Assembly (NCBI RefSeq): GCF_000006765.1
Contig: NC_002516.2
Reading direction: 5' to 3' (one strand)
DNA: 64,000 bases
DNA from: Pseudomonas aeruginosa PAO1
Lineage (GTDB): Bacteria > Pseudomonadota > Gammaproteobacteria > Pseudomonadales > Pseudomonadaceae
Shown here: piece after piece, positions 33,041-45,337 of the stretch
Layout: each line of letters opens with the position of its first letter
Numbering within the stretch: position 1 is the first letter of the stretch
Made by a program: the position numbers and the translations under genes
The notes under the pieces: model-generated
What the model was told of the DNA's origin: nothing
What the model saw: only the letters and a program-made list of their open reading frames with translations
Databases searched by the model: none

Positions 33041-33613
33041 ATGAAACTGCCCAAGCTGCTCGCCGCCCTCGCCCTGCTCGCCGCTCCGGCGCTGGCCTTC
33101 GCCCACCCCGGCCACGGCGAACACGGCCTGGTCGCCGGCCTCGCCCATCCGCTCACCGGCCTCGACCACCTGCTGGCGATGTTCGCCGTCGGCCTCTGGG
33201 CCGCCCAGCAACAGGGAGCCGCGCGCCTCGCCCTGCCCTGCACCTTCGTCGGCACCATGCTGGTCGGCGGGCTGCTCGGCTTCGAGGGCCTGCAACTGCC
33301 GTTCATGGAGACCGGCATCGCCGCCTCGGTGCTCGCCCTCGGCCTCTGCGTGGCCCTCGCCGTGCGCCCGCCGCTGCCGCTGGCGATGGCCGCCACCGCG
33401 CTGTTCGCCCTGGCCCACGGGGTCGCCCACGGCCTGGAGCTGCCGGACCTCTCCAGCCCCTGGCTGTACGCGCTCGGTTTCGTCGCCGCCACCGCCGCGC
33501 TGCACGCCGCCGGCTACGCGCTGGTGCGCTTCCTGCCGCAGGCGGCCGCGCCCCTGGTACGTCTCGCCGGGCTGGCCTCGGCGGGCGCCGGGGTCTGGTT
33601 GCTGGCCGGCTGA
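33041..33613 (+). CDS. ureJ: HupE/UreJ family Ni transporter
   Basis: AHPGHG, HPLTGLDH and FALAHGVAHG motifs. Confidence 0.92.
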   Translation: MKLPKLLAALALLAAPALAFAHPGHGEHGLVAGLAHPLTGLDHLLAMFAVGLWAAQQQGAARLALPCTFVGTMLVGGLLGFEGLQLPFMETGIAASVLALGLCVALAVRPPLPLAMAATALFALAHGVAHGLELPDLSSPWLYALGFVAATAALHAAGYALVRFLPQAAAPLVRLAGLASAGAGVWLLAG

Positions 33614-33629
33614 GCCGCCGCGCCTCCCC

Positions 33630-34652
33630 TCAGCGCCTGATCAGCACCCGTCGGCCTTGGTGCACGAGGCGCAGGCCATGGGTCTGCGCCAGCATCGCCA
33701 GGGCCAGCGGCAGGTCGTCGACGGGAAAGGTGCCGGAGACCCGAAGCGGGTCCAGCGACGGCTCGCACTCGATGCTCTCGCCGCCGTAGCGCATCAGTTC
33801 TCCCGCCCACTGCCGCAGCGGCATGTCGTCGGCCACCAGCAGGCCCTGGCGCCAGGCCAGCGCGGCCTCGCTGGCGGACTCGACGGGGCCGATCCGCTGG
33901 CGATCGAAGCGCACCCGCTGGCCAGCCTCGATCACCCGGCCATCCGCCGCGCTCGCGGCGCCCTCCGGACGCACCTGGACCGCGCCTTCGTACACCGCCA
34001 GCACTGTCTCTGCGCCCTCGCGTCGGACGCTGAAGGCGGTACCCAGCGCGCGCATCAGGCCCTGTTCGGTCCGCACCAGGAACGGCCGCGGCGGCTCGCG
34101 CCGATCCGCCGCGGTGCGGAGGTAGATCTCTCCGCGATACAGGCGCAGCAGGCGCTGGCCGGCGTCGTAGCGCACGTCCAGCGCGCTGTCGGTGTTCATC
34201 TCGACCTGGCTGCCGTCCTCCAGCACCAGGTCGCGCCGCTCGCCGACGGCAGTGAGGTAGTCGGCGCCGAAGCCGTCGCGCCAGACCTGGGCGCGCCATC
34301 CCCACCAGACCAGCGGTGCGCCGCCGAGCAGCAGGGCGAGGCCGCGCAGGACCGCGCGCCGGCCGCTGCCGGACGGACGCTCGAGCGCACGCCGGGCCAG
34401 CGCCGGCGGCAGCGAACCGATATTCGCCAGCAGACGCTCGGCGCGCCGCCAGGCGCGCTGGTGCTCGGGGCTGCGCGAGCGCCAGGACTCCAGCTCGGCC
34501 TGCTGCGCCGGAGCCAGCGGCCCCTCCTGCATCAGCAGCAGCCAGGAGGCGGTCTCCCTGAGCACCTGCGGGGCGATCGCCTCGGCGGCCGGCGGCCCGG
34601 AAAGCTCCGTATCGCCCGCCTGCGGCGCCCGGCGGGAAGCGCGGTCATTCAT
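33630..34652 (-). CDS. FecR-family anti-sigma/transmembrane sensor
   Basis: ASWLLL...HQRAW, TAVGERR and ALGTAF motifs. Confidence 0.92.
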   Translation of the reverse strand: MNDRASRRAPQAGDTELSGPPAAEAIAPQVLRETASWLLLMQEGPLAPAQQAELESWRSRSPEHQRAWRRAERLLANIGSLPPALARRALERPSGSGRRAVLRGLALLLGGAPLVWWGWRAQVWRDGFGADYLTAVGERRDLVLEDGSQVEMNTDSALDVRYDAGQRLLRLYRGEIYLRTAADRREPPRPFLVRTEQGLMRALGTAFSVRREGAETVLAVYEGAVQVRPEGAASAADGRVIEAGQRVRFDRQRIGPVESASEAALAWRQGLLVADDMPLRQWAGELMRYGGESIECEPSLDPLRVSGTFPVDDLPLALAMLAQTHGLRLVHQGRRVLIRR

Positions 34653-35196
34653 CGGGCATCAGGCTCAGGCAGGTCACGTAGGCCTGGTGGATGAACTTCT
34701 TCACCGTCGGCAGCGCGACGCCCAGCGCCTGGGCGATGTCCTTCTGCTTCATGCCGTCCAGCGTCGCCATCAGGAATGCCTGTTTCACCCGCGGGCGCAG
34801 GGTGTCGAGCAGCGCGTCGATCTCGTGCAGGGTCTCGACGATCACGCTCTGTTGTTCCGGCGACGGCTGCAACGGCTCGGGCAGCGTGGCCAGGGCCTCC
34901 AGCCAGGCAAGTTCCAGCGATTGGCGACGGCGCCAACTGACCAGCACGCAGTTGGCGATACGGGTGAGATAGGCGCGCGGCTGACGGATCGCTTCACGCT
35001 GGCCGCCGTCGCGGCTGGCGAGAATGCGCAGGAAGGTGTCATGGGCCAGGTCGTCGGCCACGCCGCGTCCCCAGGAGCGGAGTCGGTAGGCCAGCCAGTT
35101 GCGCAGCCAGGCATGGTTTTCACGGTAGAGCGTGGCGACGCCGTCGCGGTCCGCGGACAGGCAGGAACTCGGCGCATTCATCGGAGGCGCATTCAT
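34645..35196 (-). CDS. FecI-like ECF sigma factor
   Basis: ADDLAHDTFLRI, PRAYLTRIAN and IAQALGV motifs. An alternative start at 35181 is created by a 15-bp duplication. Confidence 0.92.
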   Translation of the reverse strand: MNAPPMNAPSSCLSADRDGVATLYRENHAWLRNWLAYRLRSWGRGVADDLAHDTFLRILASRDGGQREAIRQPRAYLTRIANCVLVSWRRRQSLELAWLEALATLPEPLQPSPEQQSVIVETLHEIDALLDTLRPRVKQAFLMATLDGMKQKDIAQALGVALPTVKKFIHQAYVTCLSLMPDE

Positions 35197-35220
35197 CGGA
35201 ATAGTCAGCTGGATTCAATC

Positions 35221-35239
35221 GCAAATGAAAACTATTATC
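35221..35239. promoter_or_regulatory. Fur box
   Basis: The minus strand reads GATAATAGTTTTCATTTGC, 13/19 to GATAATGATAATCATTATC. It lies upstream of the ECF sigma gene. Confidence 0.7.
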
Positions 35240-35345
35240 ACTAATTTTGCGTTGACCACAATGCCGGCGACCCTTTCCGTCCGGCCCGCCGAACCCGAAA
35301 TATCCCTTTTCCGATCTCGTGCGACAGAGGGAATGAGAGCCCGCA

Positions 35346-38315
35346 ATGCCGGGCGCCAACCCTGCGAGCGAAGAAGTCATGTCCCTACAACGCCCTATCC
35401 CCAGCCTGGCGCGCCCCTTGTCGCGCCTCTCCCCGCTCACCCTTGCCCTGCGCTGGGCCCTGCTCGGCCTGTCGGCGGCCGGCGCCGGCCTGCTCGGCGG
35501 CGACCTGGCCCACGCGCAGAGCGTCGGCCAGCACAGCGCGGCTACCCGCCTGGACGACGCCACGCCGCGCAGCTACGACATCCCGGCGGGTTCGCTGGGC
35601 GCCTCCCTGGGCGCCTTCGCCAGCCAGTCGGGCCTGCTGCTGTCCTTCGACCCCGAGCTGACCCGCGGCCGCACGGCGCCGGCGCTCAAGGGTCGCTACA
35701 GCGTACTGGAAGGCTTGCAGCGAGTCCTGTCGAACACCGGCCTGCAGGTCGCGGCGGGAACCTCCGGCGCCTACCTGCTGGTCGAGCCGCGCATGTCCGG
35801 AGAAGCCCCGGCCGACCTGTCGCCGGTGGTGGTCTCGGCCGCCGAGCTGGCCGATCCGCAGAAGGAAACCTATACCGCGCCGCGCTCGTCGGTGTACCTC
35901 TCCAGCGAAGACATCGACCGCTTCGGCCGGGTTTCCGTGGGTGACCTGCTCCAGGGCATCCCGGGCGTACAGGTCGGCGACAGCCGCAACGGTGGCGCGC
36001 TGGACGTCAACATCCGCGGCATCCAGGGGCAGAGCCGGGTGGCGGTGCGGGTCGACGGCGCGGAGCAGGCGCTGGACGTCTACCGCGGCTACGCCGGCAC
36101 CCAGCAGCGCAGCTACATCGATCCCGACCTGGTCAGCAGCGTGACCGTCGACAAGGGTCCCTCGACCCGCTCGGGCGCGATCGGCGGCAGCGTGGAAATG
36201 CGCACCATCGGCGTCAAGGACATCCTGGTCGACGGCAAGGACCTCGGCGTGCGCTTCACCGGCGACGTCTGGAACAACGGCGTCGCCCCGCAGCACCGCA
36301 GCGCCAGTTCGAAGACCGAGAATCTCAGCAGCGTGCCGCACGATGACCGCGGCAGCCTGTTCGGCTCCCAGGCCAAGTCCGGCAGCGCCGCCTTCGCCTA
36401 CCGCAACGAGCATCTGGACCTGGTCGCCGCCTATGCGCAGCGCAACCAGGGCAACTACTTTTCCGGCAAGAAAGGCCAGGACCGCTATCGCGTCTACAAC
36501 CGCTACGGTCGCGAGGAAAGCAGCGTAGCCAAGGTCTACAACGCGGGAGAGGAAGTGCTCAACTCGTCGTCGGAGACCGAGTCCTACCTGCTCAAGGCGA
36601 CCTGGCGCATCGCCGACGAGCACACCCTGGACCTCGGCTATCGTCGCTACGACGGGCGCACCGGGGAGATCATGCCGTCGGACATCTTCCGTTTCGGCAC
36701 CGCCGGCATCTACCAGTACCCATTGAGCGAAGTGAAGATCGACACCTACACCGCACGCTACCGTTACCTGCCCGAGAACAATCCGCTGGTGGACCTCAGC
36801 ACCGGACTGTGGATGACCGAGGCGAAGAGCGACATGCTGACCTCGGTGCTGGCGCCGCGCTCCCAGGCCTATCGCTCCGATCGCAACTGGACGCGCCAGG
36901 ACAACCGGCGCATCGGCGGCGACCTGAACAACGTGGCGCGCTTCGAAACCGACTTCGGCGATTTCAAGCTCGACCTCGGCGGCTCGTTCCAGGTCGAAGA
37001 CATCCAGCCGCAGAAAAGCGTGGTCACCACCCTCCACGACATCAACGCCAACCGCACCCTGAGGGACGCCACCCGCCAGGAATACGGCCTCAACGGCAAG
37101 CTCGAGTTCAAGCCGGTCGAGCGCCTGACGCTATGGGGCGGCGGCCGCTACAGCCACTTCAACAGCAAGGACAACGGCATCTCCGCCTCGCCGCGGCGCG
37201 AGGATCGCGACATGCGCTTCATCACGGTGAGCAGGCCCGGCTACTACGGCTCGATGATGTGGTTCCCCGACCAGAACGGCCAGTACACCGACGCCACCGA
37301 TCCCCGCCTCAACAACGGCATCGTCACCAACAACACCAACAATCCGTTCGAAGGCATTCCCTTCGACGAGTTCGGCCCGGCCAACGTGACAGTCCATCCC
37401 TCGCGGGTCACCAACGTGGTCACCGGCTACAACTACAGCAAGAAGGGCAGCAGCCGCGGCGGCGGTTTCTCGCCGGCATTCGGGATCAATTTCGAGCTGG
37501 CCCCGGATACCTTCGTCTACGCCTCCTATACCGAAGGCCTGCGTCTGCCGTCGCTGTTCGAGACCAGCCAGGGCACCCTCCAGGTCGAGCCGGGCAAGGA
37601 CCTCAAGCCCGAGCGTTCGCGCAGCTGGGAGATCGGTGCCAGCGCGCTGCGCGACAGCCTGTTGGCCGACGGCGACTCGGCGGCGATCAAGCTGGCCTAC
37701 TTCAACAACACCATCAAGAACTACATCACCCGCTATTACGATCCGGGCCAGATGGGCCTGATGACCTTCAGCAACACCGACAGCTACCGCACCAGCGGTC
37801 TCGAACTGCAATCGCACTACGACGCAGGGCGGGTGTTCGCCGACCTGTCGGCGACCTACTACCTGAAGACCGAGACCTGCGACGCCGCCTTCGCCGCCAG
37901 GCTGCGCGCCGGCGCCAACCGCTACCAGCGCACCGAGAACACGCCGAACTGCACGCCGGGCAGCTTCATGGGCTCCTATACCAACACGCAGAACCCGCCG
38001 CGGCTGGCGACCAACCTGACCGCCGGCCTGCGCTTCTTCGACCAGGCCCTGACCCTGGGCGGACGCATGACCTATACCTCCGGCCCCACCGCCACGGCGG
38101 ACAAGCCCTGGCAAGTCGGCGCCACCACACCGCAGATCGAGTACCGCTCGGTGCAGCTGTTCGACCTGTTCCTCAAGTACAAGCTGTTCGAGCACACCGA
38201 ACTGAATGCCTCGCTGCAGAACCTCACCGACCGCTATTACCTCGACCCACTGGCACAGAGTTTCATGCCCGCGCCCGGGCGTACCCTGCGGGTGGGGATG
38301 CAGGCGAAGTTCTGA
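35346..38315 (+). CDS. optI: TonB-dependent receptor with N-terminal signalling (STN) domain
   Basis: 989 aa. YDIPAGSL STN domain, plug (NIRGIQG, YIDPDLV) and C-terminal GRTLRVGMQAKF. ATG at 35379 is an alternative start. Confidence 0.9.
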   Translation: MPGANPASEEVMSLQRPIPSLARPLSRLSPLTLALRWALLGLSAAGAGLLGGDLAHAQSVGQHSAATRLDDATPRSYDIPAGSLGASLGAFASQSGLLLSFDPELTRGRTAPALKGRYSVLEGLQRVLSNTGLQVAAGTSGAYLLVEPRMSGEAPADLSPVVVSAAELADPQKETYTAPRSSVYLSSEDIDRFGRVSVGDLLQGIPGVQVGDSRNGGALDVNIRGIQGQSRVAVRVDGAEQALDVYRGYAGTQQRSYIDPDLVSSVTVDKGPSTRSGAIGGSVEMRTIGVKDILVDGKDLGVRFTGDVWNNGVAPQHRSASSKTENLSSVPHDDRGSLFGSQAKSGSAAFAYRNEHLDLVAAYAQRNQGNYFSGKKGQDRYRVYNRYGREESSVAKVYNAGEEVLNSSSETESYLLKATWRIADEHTLDLGYRRYDGRTGEIMPSDIFRFGTAGIYQYPLSEVKIDTYTARYRYLPENNPLVDLSTGLWMTEAKSDMLTSVLAPRSQAYRSDRNWTRQDNRRIGGDLNNVARFETDFGDFKLDLGGSFQVEDIQPQKSVVTTLHDINANRTLRDATRQEYGLNGKLEFKPVERLTLWGGGRYSHFNSKDNGISASPRREDRDMRFITVSRPGYYGSMMWFPDQNGQYTDATDPRLNNGIVTNNTNNPFEGIPFDEFGPANVTVHPSRVTNVVTGYNYSKKGSSRGGGFSPAFGINFELAPDTFVYASYTEGLRLPSLFETSQGTLQVEPGKDLKPERSRSWEIGASALRDSLLADGDSAAIKLAYFNNTIKNYITRYYDPGQMGLMTFSNTDSYRTSGLELQSHYDAGRVFADLSATYYLKTETCDAAFAARLRAGANRYQRTENTPNCTPGSFMGSYTNTQNPPRLATNLTAGLRFFDQALTLGGRMTYTSGPTATADKPWQVGATTPQIEYRSVQLFDLFLKYKLFEHTELNASLQNLTDRYYLDPLAQSFMPAPGRTLRVGMQAKF

Positions 38316-38360
38316 GCCGCCCTCTCCCCCTCCAGGCGTTGTCGGCGGAGCGCCGCTCCG

Positions 38361-38393
38361 GTAGGGCGAATAACCGCCCAGCGGCTATCCGCC
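38361..38393 (+). repeat. REP-type palindromic element
   Basis: GTAGGGCGAATAACCGCCCAGCGGCTATCCGCC between convergent genes. Confidence 0.8.
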
Positions 38394-38459
38394 GAAGCAC
38401 CGGGCCTCCCGCTCCCCGTCCCTCCGGAACTGTCCGGAGGAGCGGCGAGACAGCGTCCG

Positions 38460-39713
38460 TCACCACGACAACGGATAACTCACCACCAGCCGCGTCTGGT
38501 CGAAGTCGCTGTTGAAGCTGCGTCGGTTGCTGGCGTGGTTGAGGCGCACGTTGAGCCGCGCCAGCGGACCGCTCTGCACGGTGTAGCCGAGCTCGACATC
38601 GCGCTCCCATTCCTTGCCGCCGCTACCGGCCTTGGTGGTGGCGTTCGAGCCATGGCCGTAGCGGACCATGCCGATCAGGCCGGGCCAGCCGAGGCCGACG
38701 AAATCGTAGTCGTAGCGCACCTGCCAGGAGCGTTCGTCGGCGTTGGTGAAGTTGCCGTTGAACATGTCGTTGCCCATGCTCCGCCCACTGCTGCCGTAGA
38801 CCGATTGCCAGCCGCTGTCGCCGCCGACCTTCTGCAGGCCAAGGTAGAAGGTGTGCAGGCCGATGCCGGCGGAAAACAGGCCGTAGACGGTATGGCTGTC
38901 GATCTCTCCGGCGCGCGCGGCGCCGTCGTCGCGGTCGACGAACAGGCCGAGGTTGGCGCCCAGGGTCCAGTCGCCGACACGCTGCTTGTGCAGCAGGTTG
39001 GCGTAGCTCTGCCGGTAGACGTCCTCCAGTTGCCCGTGCCACAGGCCCAGTTGGGTGCGCTCGCGGTTGAAGCGGTACTCGGCGCCGGCGTAGTTGAAAC
39101 CGTCCGATTTCTGCGTCGGCGCGCTCCAGGCCGACAGGTCCTGCATGTCCGCCGAATTGCGCAGGCTCACCGCGTCGAAGCGTCCGGCCTGCAGAGCCAG
39201 GCCCGGCAGCTCGCGGGAAACCACGGCGAAGCCGCGGAACGTCTGCGGCAGCAGGCGTCCGTCGTCGTAGCGCAACAGCGGAATGTCCGGGAGCATCTCG
39301 CCGATCTTCAGTTCGCTGGCCGAAACGCGCAGCTTGGCGGCCACGCCGACACGCCCATAGTTGTCCGCCGCGCGACCGTCATCGTGCAACGGAAGAAGCT
39401 CGGAATTGCTGGTGCCACGTCCGCTGTTCAGCTTCACGCCGAACAGGCCGATGGCGTCGAGGCCGACGCCGACCGTGCCCGGGGTATAGCCGGAACTGAA
39501 CTTGAGGATGAAGCCCTGCGCCCACTCGTCCACCAGGCTCTTGCCGGCATCGTGGTCGCGGAAATCGCGGTTGAAGTAATAGTTGCGCAAGACCAGGTCG
39601 GTCTTCGCATCCTCCAGGAAGCCGCCCTCGGCAGCTTGCGCGGCAAGACAGGCGAGCATCGGCAGGACCGCCCCTGCATTGCGCGGGACTGCGGTTTTAC
39701 GACGGATTTTCAT
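38460..39713 (-). CDS. opdK: OprD-family aromatic-acid porin OpdK (OccK1)
   Basis: 417 aa. GFLEDAK...LRNYYFNRDF, GRLLPQTF and TRLVVSYPLSW motifs. Located in the aromatic cluster. Confidence 0.92.
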   Translation of the reverse strand: MKIRRKTAVPRNAGAVLPMLACLAAQAAEGGFLEDAKTDLVLRNYYFNRDFRDHDAGKSLVDEWAQGFILKFSSGYTPGTVGVGLDAIGLFGVKLNSGRGTSNSELLPLHDDGRAADNYGRVGVAAKLRVSASELKIGEMLPDIPLLRYDDGRLLPQTFRGFAVVSRELPGLALQAGRFDAVSLRNSADMQDLSAWSAPTQKSDGFNYAGAEYRFNRERTQLGLWHGQLEDVYRQSYANLLHKQRVGDWTLGANLGLFVDRDDGAARAGEIDSHTVYGLFSAGIGLHTFYLGLQKVGGDSGWQSVYGSSGRSMGNDMFNGNFTNADERSWQVRYDYDFVGLGWPGLIGMVRYGHGSNATTKAGSGGKEWERDVELGYTVQSGPLARLNVRLNHASNRRSFNSDFDQTRLVVSYPLSW

Positions 39714-39820
39714 TGTTATTGTGCTCCGTTTTTCAGGGACGACCGAGCCCCGGCAGCCTCTGCGGGCCACCTGGCGACGACGGTCGGGTCAGCAGCGGGG
39801 CGCGGGCCCCGCCGCCAGGG

Positions 39821-41290
39821 TCAGAACGGGTACTGGCGCGGCGCGTGCTGCACGCTGATCCAGTGGTCGGTGGTGAATTCCTCGATGGCCCAGTCGCCGT
39901 TGAAGCGGCCAAGTCCGGAGTTCTTCTCGCCGCCGAAGGGCGCGTTGGCCTCGTCGTTCACCGGAATGTCGTTGACGTGGGTCATCCCCGCGCGAAGCTG
40001 GCGGGCAAAGCGCACCGCGCGTTCCAGGTCGCGGCTGAACACCGCGCTGGACAGCCCGTATTCGCTGGCGTTGGCCAACTCCAGCGCATGCGCCTCGTCG
40101 CGCGCGCGGAGCAGGCCGACCAGCGGGCCGAAGATTTCATCGCGGGCGATCTCCATCGTCGCGGTGACCTCGCCGAATACGTGCGGAGCCAGCAACTGCC
40201 CATCGACGCCGCCCTCGTACAGCGGCTTGGCGCCTTCCTGGCGGGCCAGGCGGATCTTTTCCAGCAGGCCTTCGAGCTGGCGCGCGTTGACGATCGGCCC
40301 GACCGCGGTATCGGCGCGCTGCGGATCGCCGACCCGGAGACCCTTGACCCGCTCGACGAAGCGCGCGGCGAAAGCGTCGTAGAGGCTGTCCTCGACGATG
40401 ATGCGGTTGATCGCCATGCAGATCTGCCCCTGGTGGAGGAACTTGCCGAACACCGCGGCATTCACCGCCTGCTCCAGATCGGCGTCGCCGAGCACCACGA
40501 ACGGACTGTTGCCGCCCAGCTCCAGCGCCACGTGCTTGAGGTGCGCGCCGCCGCTGGCGATGCGGCCGATGTTGCGGCCCACCGGGGTCGATCCGGTGAA
40601 GGTCACCAGGCCCGGCACCGGGTGCTCGACGAAGGCGTCGCCGATCTCGCTGCCGGGGCCGACCACCACGCTGAACAGCCCGGCCGGCAGCCCGGCCTCT
40701 TCGAAGATCCGCGCCAGCAGCAGTCCGCCGCAGACCGGCGTGTCGCTGGCCGGCTTGACCACCACCGCGTTGCCCAGCGCCAGGGCCGGGGCGATGGAAC
40801 GCTGGGTCAGGTGCAGCGGGAAGTTCCACGGGCTGATCACCCCGACCACGCCGATGGCGCTGCGGTAGACCCGGCTTTCCTTGCCCGGCACGTCGGACTC
40901 GACGATGCGCCCGTGCACCCGTGCCGGGAACGACGCCGACTCCAGGGTGATCGCGCGCGCCGCGCCCCATTCGATCTCGGCCTTCAGGCGGGTGCTGCCG
41001 GACTCGCGGATGATCCAGTCGACGATCTCCTCGTGGCGGCGGTCGAACACCTCCACCGCCTTGTACAGTACCGCCGCGCGTGCCGAGGGCCCGAGCGCGG
41101 CCCATGCCGGCTGGACCTCGGCGGCCTTGGCGTAGGCGGCATCGAGGTCGTCGCGGTCGGCCTGCTCGATCTCCAGCAGCAGGCTGCCGTCGAACGGGTT
41201 GCTCACCTTCAGCCGGCGGCCGGCCCGGCCGTGGCGCCACTCGCCGGCCAGGGGCTGGAGACCGAGGTCGGTATAACGGGAATCGCTCAT
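39821..41290 (-). CDS. aromatic aldehyde dehydrogenase (benzaldehyde/vanillin DH-like)
   Basis: ISPWNFP, FTGST, LELGGN and GQICMA (catalytic Cys) motifs. Confidence 0.9.
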   Translation of the reverse strand: MSDSRYTDLGLQPLAGEWRHGRAGRRLKVSNPFDGSLLLEIEQADRDDLDAAYAKAAEVQPAWAALGPSARAAVLYKAVEVFDRRHEEIVDWIIRESGSTRLKAEIEWGAARAITLESASFPARVHGRIVESDVPGKESRVYRSAIGVVGVISPWNFPLHLTQRSIAPALALGNAVVVKPASDTPVCGGLLLARIFEEAGLPAGLFSVVVGPGSEIGDAFVEHPVPGLVTFTGSTPVGRNIGRIASGGAHLKHVALELGGNSPFVVLGDADLEQAVNAAVFGKFLHQGQICMAINRIIVEDSLYDAFAARFVERVKGLRVGDPQRADTAVGPIVNARQLEGLLEKIRLARQEGAKPLYEGGVDGQLLAPHVFGEVTATMEIARDEIFGPLVGLLRARDEAHALELANASEYGLSSAVFSRDLERAVRFARQLRAGMTHVNDIPVNDEANAPFGGEKNSGLGRFNGDWAIEEFTTDHWISVQHAPRQYPF

Positions 41291-41312
41291 CGCTCTTCTC
41301 CTCTTTCGAAAA

Positions 41313-42653
41313 TCACAGGGGTTTCTTCGCTGTCGCGTCGACGGACGCTTCCGCCGGCACGCGCGGCCGCAGGTGGATGCAGGCGATCGCCAGCGCGCCG
41401 ATCACGCCGGGCGCGGCGAAGGCCAGGAAGTTCTGCTGGAACGGCAGCTCCAGGGCCAGCAGGCTGCCGCCGAGCATCGGCCCGGCGATGGCGCCGAGGC
41501 GGCCGACGCCGGCGGCCCAGCCGACCCCGGTGGAGCGCACCCAGGCCGGATAGAACTGCGCGGCGTAGGCATGGATCACCGCCAGGGTGCCGATGGTGGT
41601 GGCGCCGGCCACCACCAGCAGGCCGTTGAGCAGCCAGGGGCCTGGCCCCAGGCCGAGGGCCGCCAGGGAGGCCGCGGCCAGGGCGAAGAACAGCACCAGG
41701 GTGCGGCCGGCGCCGAGGCGGTCGGCCAGCCAGCCGCCGAACAACGCACCGAGGGTCGCCCCGACATTCAGGGTGACGAGGAACGCCAGGCTCGAACCGA
41801 GGGCGTAGCCGCCGCCGGCCATCAGTTTCGGCAACCAGGTGTTGAGCCCGTAGCTCATCAGCATGCACATGGCGAAGGCCACCCACAGCAGCAGGGTGCC
41901 CACTGCCTGGCGCCCCTCGAACAACTGGGCGACCCGTCCGCTCGGCGCTTCGGCCGCGACAGCGTTCGCCCGCTCGGCGCCGGGCCGGTAGTCGGGATCG
42001 ACCTTGCGCAGCAGCGCGTCCAGTTCGGCGCGGCGGCCCTTGAGTTCGAGGAACGCCGCCGACTCCGGCAACCAGCGCAACATCAGCGGCACCGCCAGCA
42101 CCGGCAGCACCGCCACGTAGAACACCGATTGCCAGCCCCAGGCGGGAATCATGGCGATCGCCAGTAGCGCCGAGAGCACCGCGCCCACCGAGTAGAAGGC
42201 CGACATCACCGTGACCAGGGTGCTGCGCCGCCCGGCCGGGGCGAATTCGCTGATCAGGTTGATCGCGCTGGGCACCAGCGCGCCCAGTGCCAGGCCGGTG
42301 AAGAAGCGTCCGGCGCCCAGTTCCAGCGGGTCGCGGGCGTGCCCGGTGAGGAAGGCGGCGAGGCTCGCCAGCAGGGTGGTGGCGATCACCAGGCGGCGCC
42401 GGCCGAAACGGTCCGCCAGCGGCGCCAGCAGGGTGCCGCCGAAGAGCATGCCGAACAGCGCGCAACTGCCGAGGGTGCCGGCCTGCACCGGGCTCAGCTG
42501 CCACTCCTGCATCAGGCGTGGCACCACCGAGCCGTAGATGACCATGTCGTAGCCGTCGAACAGCATGATGAAACACCCCCAGCCGAGGATCAGCCAGTGA
42601 GTACGGTTAAAGCGGGCAGCGTCGATCACCGCCGCAGCGGATTGCCTGTTCAT
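41313..42653 (-). CDS. aromatic acid:H+ symporter (BenK-like MFS)
   Basis: FDGYD and LADRFGRR motifs. 446 aa. Confidence 0.9.
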   Translation of the reverse strand: MNRQSAAAVIDAARFNRTHWLILGWGCFIMLFDGYDMVIYGSVVPRLMQEWQLSPVQAGTLGSCALFGMLFGGTLLAPLADRFGRRRLVIATTLLASLAAFLTGHARDPLELGAGRFFTGLALGALVPSAINLISEFAPAGRRSTLVTVMSAFYSVGAVLSALLAIAMIPAWGWQSVFYVAVLPVLAVPLMLRWLPESAAFLELKGRRAELDALLRKVDPDYRPGAERANAVAAEAPSGRVAQLFEGRQAVGTLLLWVAFAMCMLMSYGLNTWLPKLMAGGGYALGSSLAFLVTLNVGATLGALFGGWLADRLGAGRTLVLFFALAAASLAALGLGPGPWLLNGLLVVAGATTIGTLAVIHAYAAQFYPAWVRSTGVGWAAGVGRLGAIAGPMLGGSLLALELPFQQNFLAFAAPGVIGALAIACIHLRPRVPAEASVDATAKKPL

Positions 42654-42739
42654 ACCAACCTCTCTCTTGTTCTTGTTATGGGCGCACGCGGGCGTCGGTC
42701 GGCACCGCCCACTCTGGCATGGGGCGGCGCCGTGGAACA

Positions 42740-44374
<1,635 letters not shown>

Positions 44375-44380
44375 TCAATA

Positions 44381-44395
44381 ATCAATCAAATCGAT
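44381..44395. promoter_or_regulatory. LysR (NodD-type) ATC-N9-GAT site
   Basis: ATC-AATCAAATC-GAT in the AT-rich divergent mdlC/LysR intergenic region. Confidence 0.5.
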
Positions 44396-44426
44396 ACTCT
44401 TTCTATAAAAAATAGAACTGGTCTAT

Positions 44427-45323
44427 ATGAGTCCGATCGATCTCAACCTGATCCGCACCTTCGTCACCCTCTACGAAGCCGGCAGCGTGACCCTCGCCGC
44501 GGAGCGCCTGTTCGTCACCCAGCCATCGGTGAGCTACGCCCTGGCGCGCCTGCGCGAACTGTTCGACGACGCGTTGTTCACCCGCACCCGCGACGGCATC
44601 CAGCCGACCTTCGTCGCCGAGCAGCTCTACGGCACCTTCCGCGAGTCGCTGACGCGCATCGAGGGCGCGGTACAGAGCGTTCGCCACTTCGATCCGGCGA
44701 CCACCGAGCGACGTTTCCGCATCGCCCTCACCGATCTCGGCGAAGTGGGTTTCCTCTCGCTGATCCTCGAACGCCTGACCCGCGACGCGCCGTTCGCCGA
44801 AGTGGAAGTGCTGCCGCTGCAGGTGGACGAGGTCGGCGCCTGGCTGAGCAGCGCCAAGGTCGACGCGGCGATTTGCCGCCAGCCGGTGCCCGGCGCGCGC
44901 AGCCAGCGGGTCCTGCACGAGCGCTACGTGTGCCTGCTCAGCGACCGCCACCCGCGGATCGGCGACAGCCTGAGCCTGGAGCAGTACCTGGCCGAGCGGC
45001 ACATCGTGGTGACCCGTACCTCCGGCCACGGCATCGCCGAGGACGTGCTCGAGGCCATGCAGGTGCAGCGCCGCATCAGCCTGCGGGTGCCGCACTTCTC
45101 GGTGCTGCCGAAGATCATTCCCGGTACCGAGCTGCTGACCATCCTGCCGGCGCAGATCGCCTATCGCTTCGTCGCCGAAGGCGGCATGCGCATGCTCGAA
45201 CTGCCCTTCACCCTGCCGCCGTTCGACGTCTCCCTGCACTGGCACGAGAGCAGCGAACGCTCGGCGGCGCTGAACTGGTTCCGCACCACCATCGCCGAGG
45301 CAATCATCGCCGCCCAACGCTGA
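44427..45323 (+). CDS. LysR-family regulator (NodD-like) divergent from mdlC
   Basis: DLNLIRTF...VTQPSVSYALARLR HTH. 298 aa. Confidence 0.93.
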   Translation: MSPIDLNLIRTFVTLYEAGSVTLAAERLFVTQPSVSYALARLRELFDDALFTRTRDGIQPTFVAEQLYGTFRESLTRIEGAVQSVRHFDPATTERRFRIALTDLGEVGFLSLILERLTRDAPFAEVEVLPLQVDEVGAWLSSAKVDAAICRQPVPGARSQRVLHERYVCLLSDRHPRIGDSLSLEQYLAERHIVVTRTSGHGIAEDVLEAMQVQRRISLRVPHFSVLPKIIPGTELLTILPAQIAYRFVAEGGMRMLELPFTLPPFDVSLHWHESSERSAALNWFRTTIAEAIIAAQR

Positions 45324-45337
45324 AACGCCGGCGGCCC

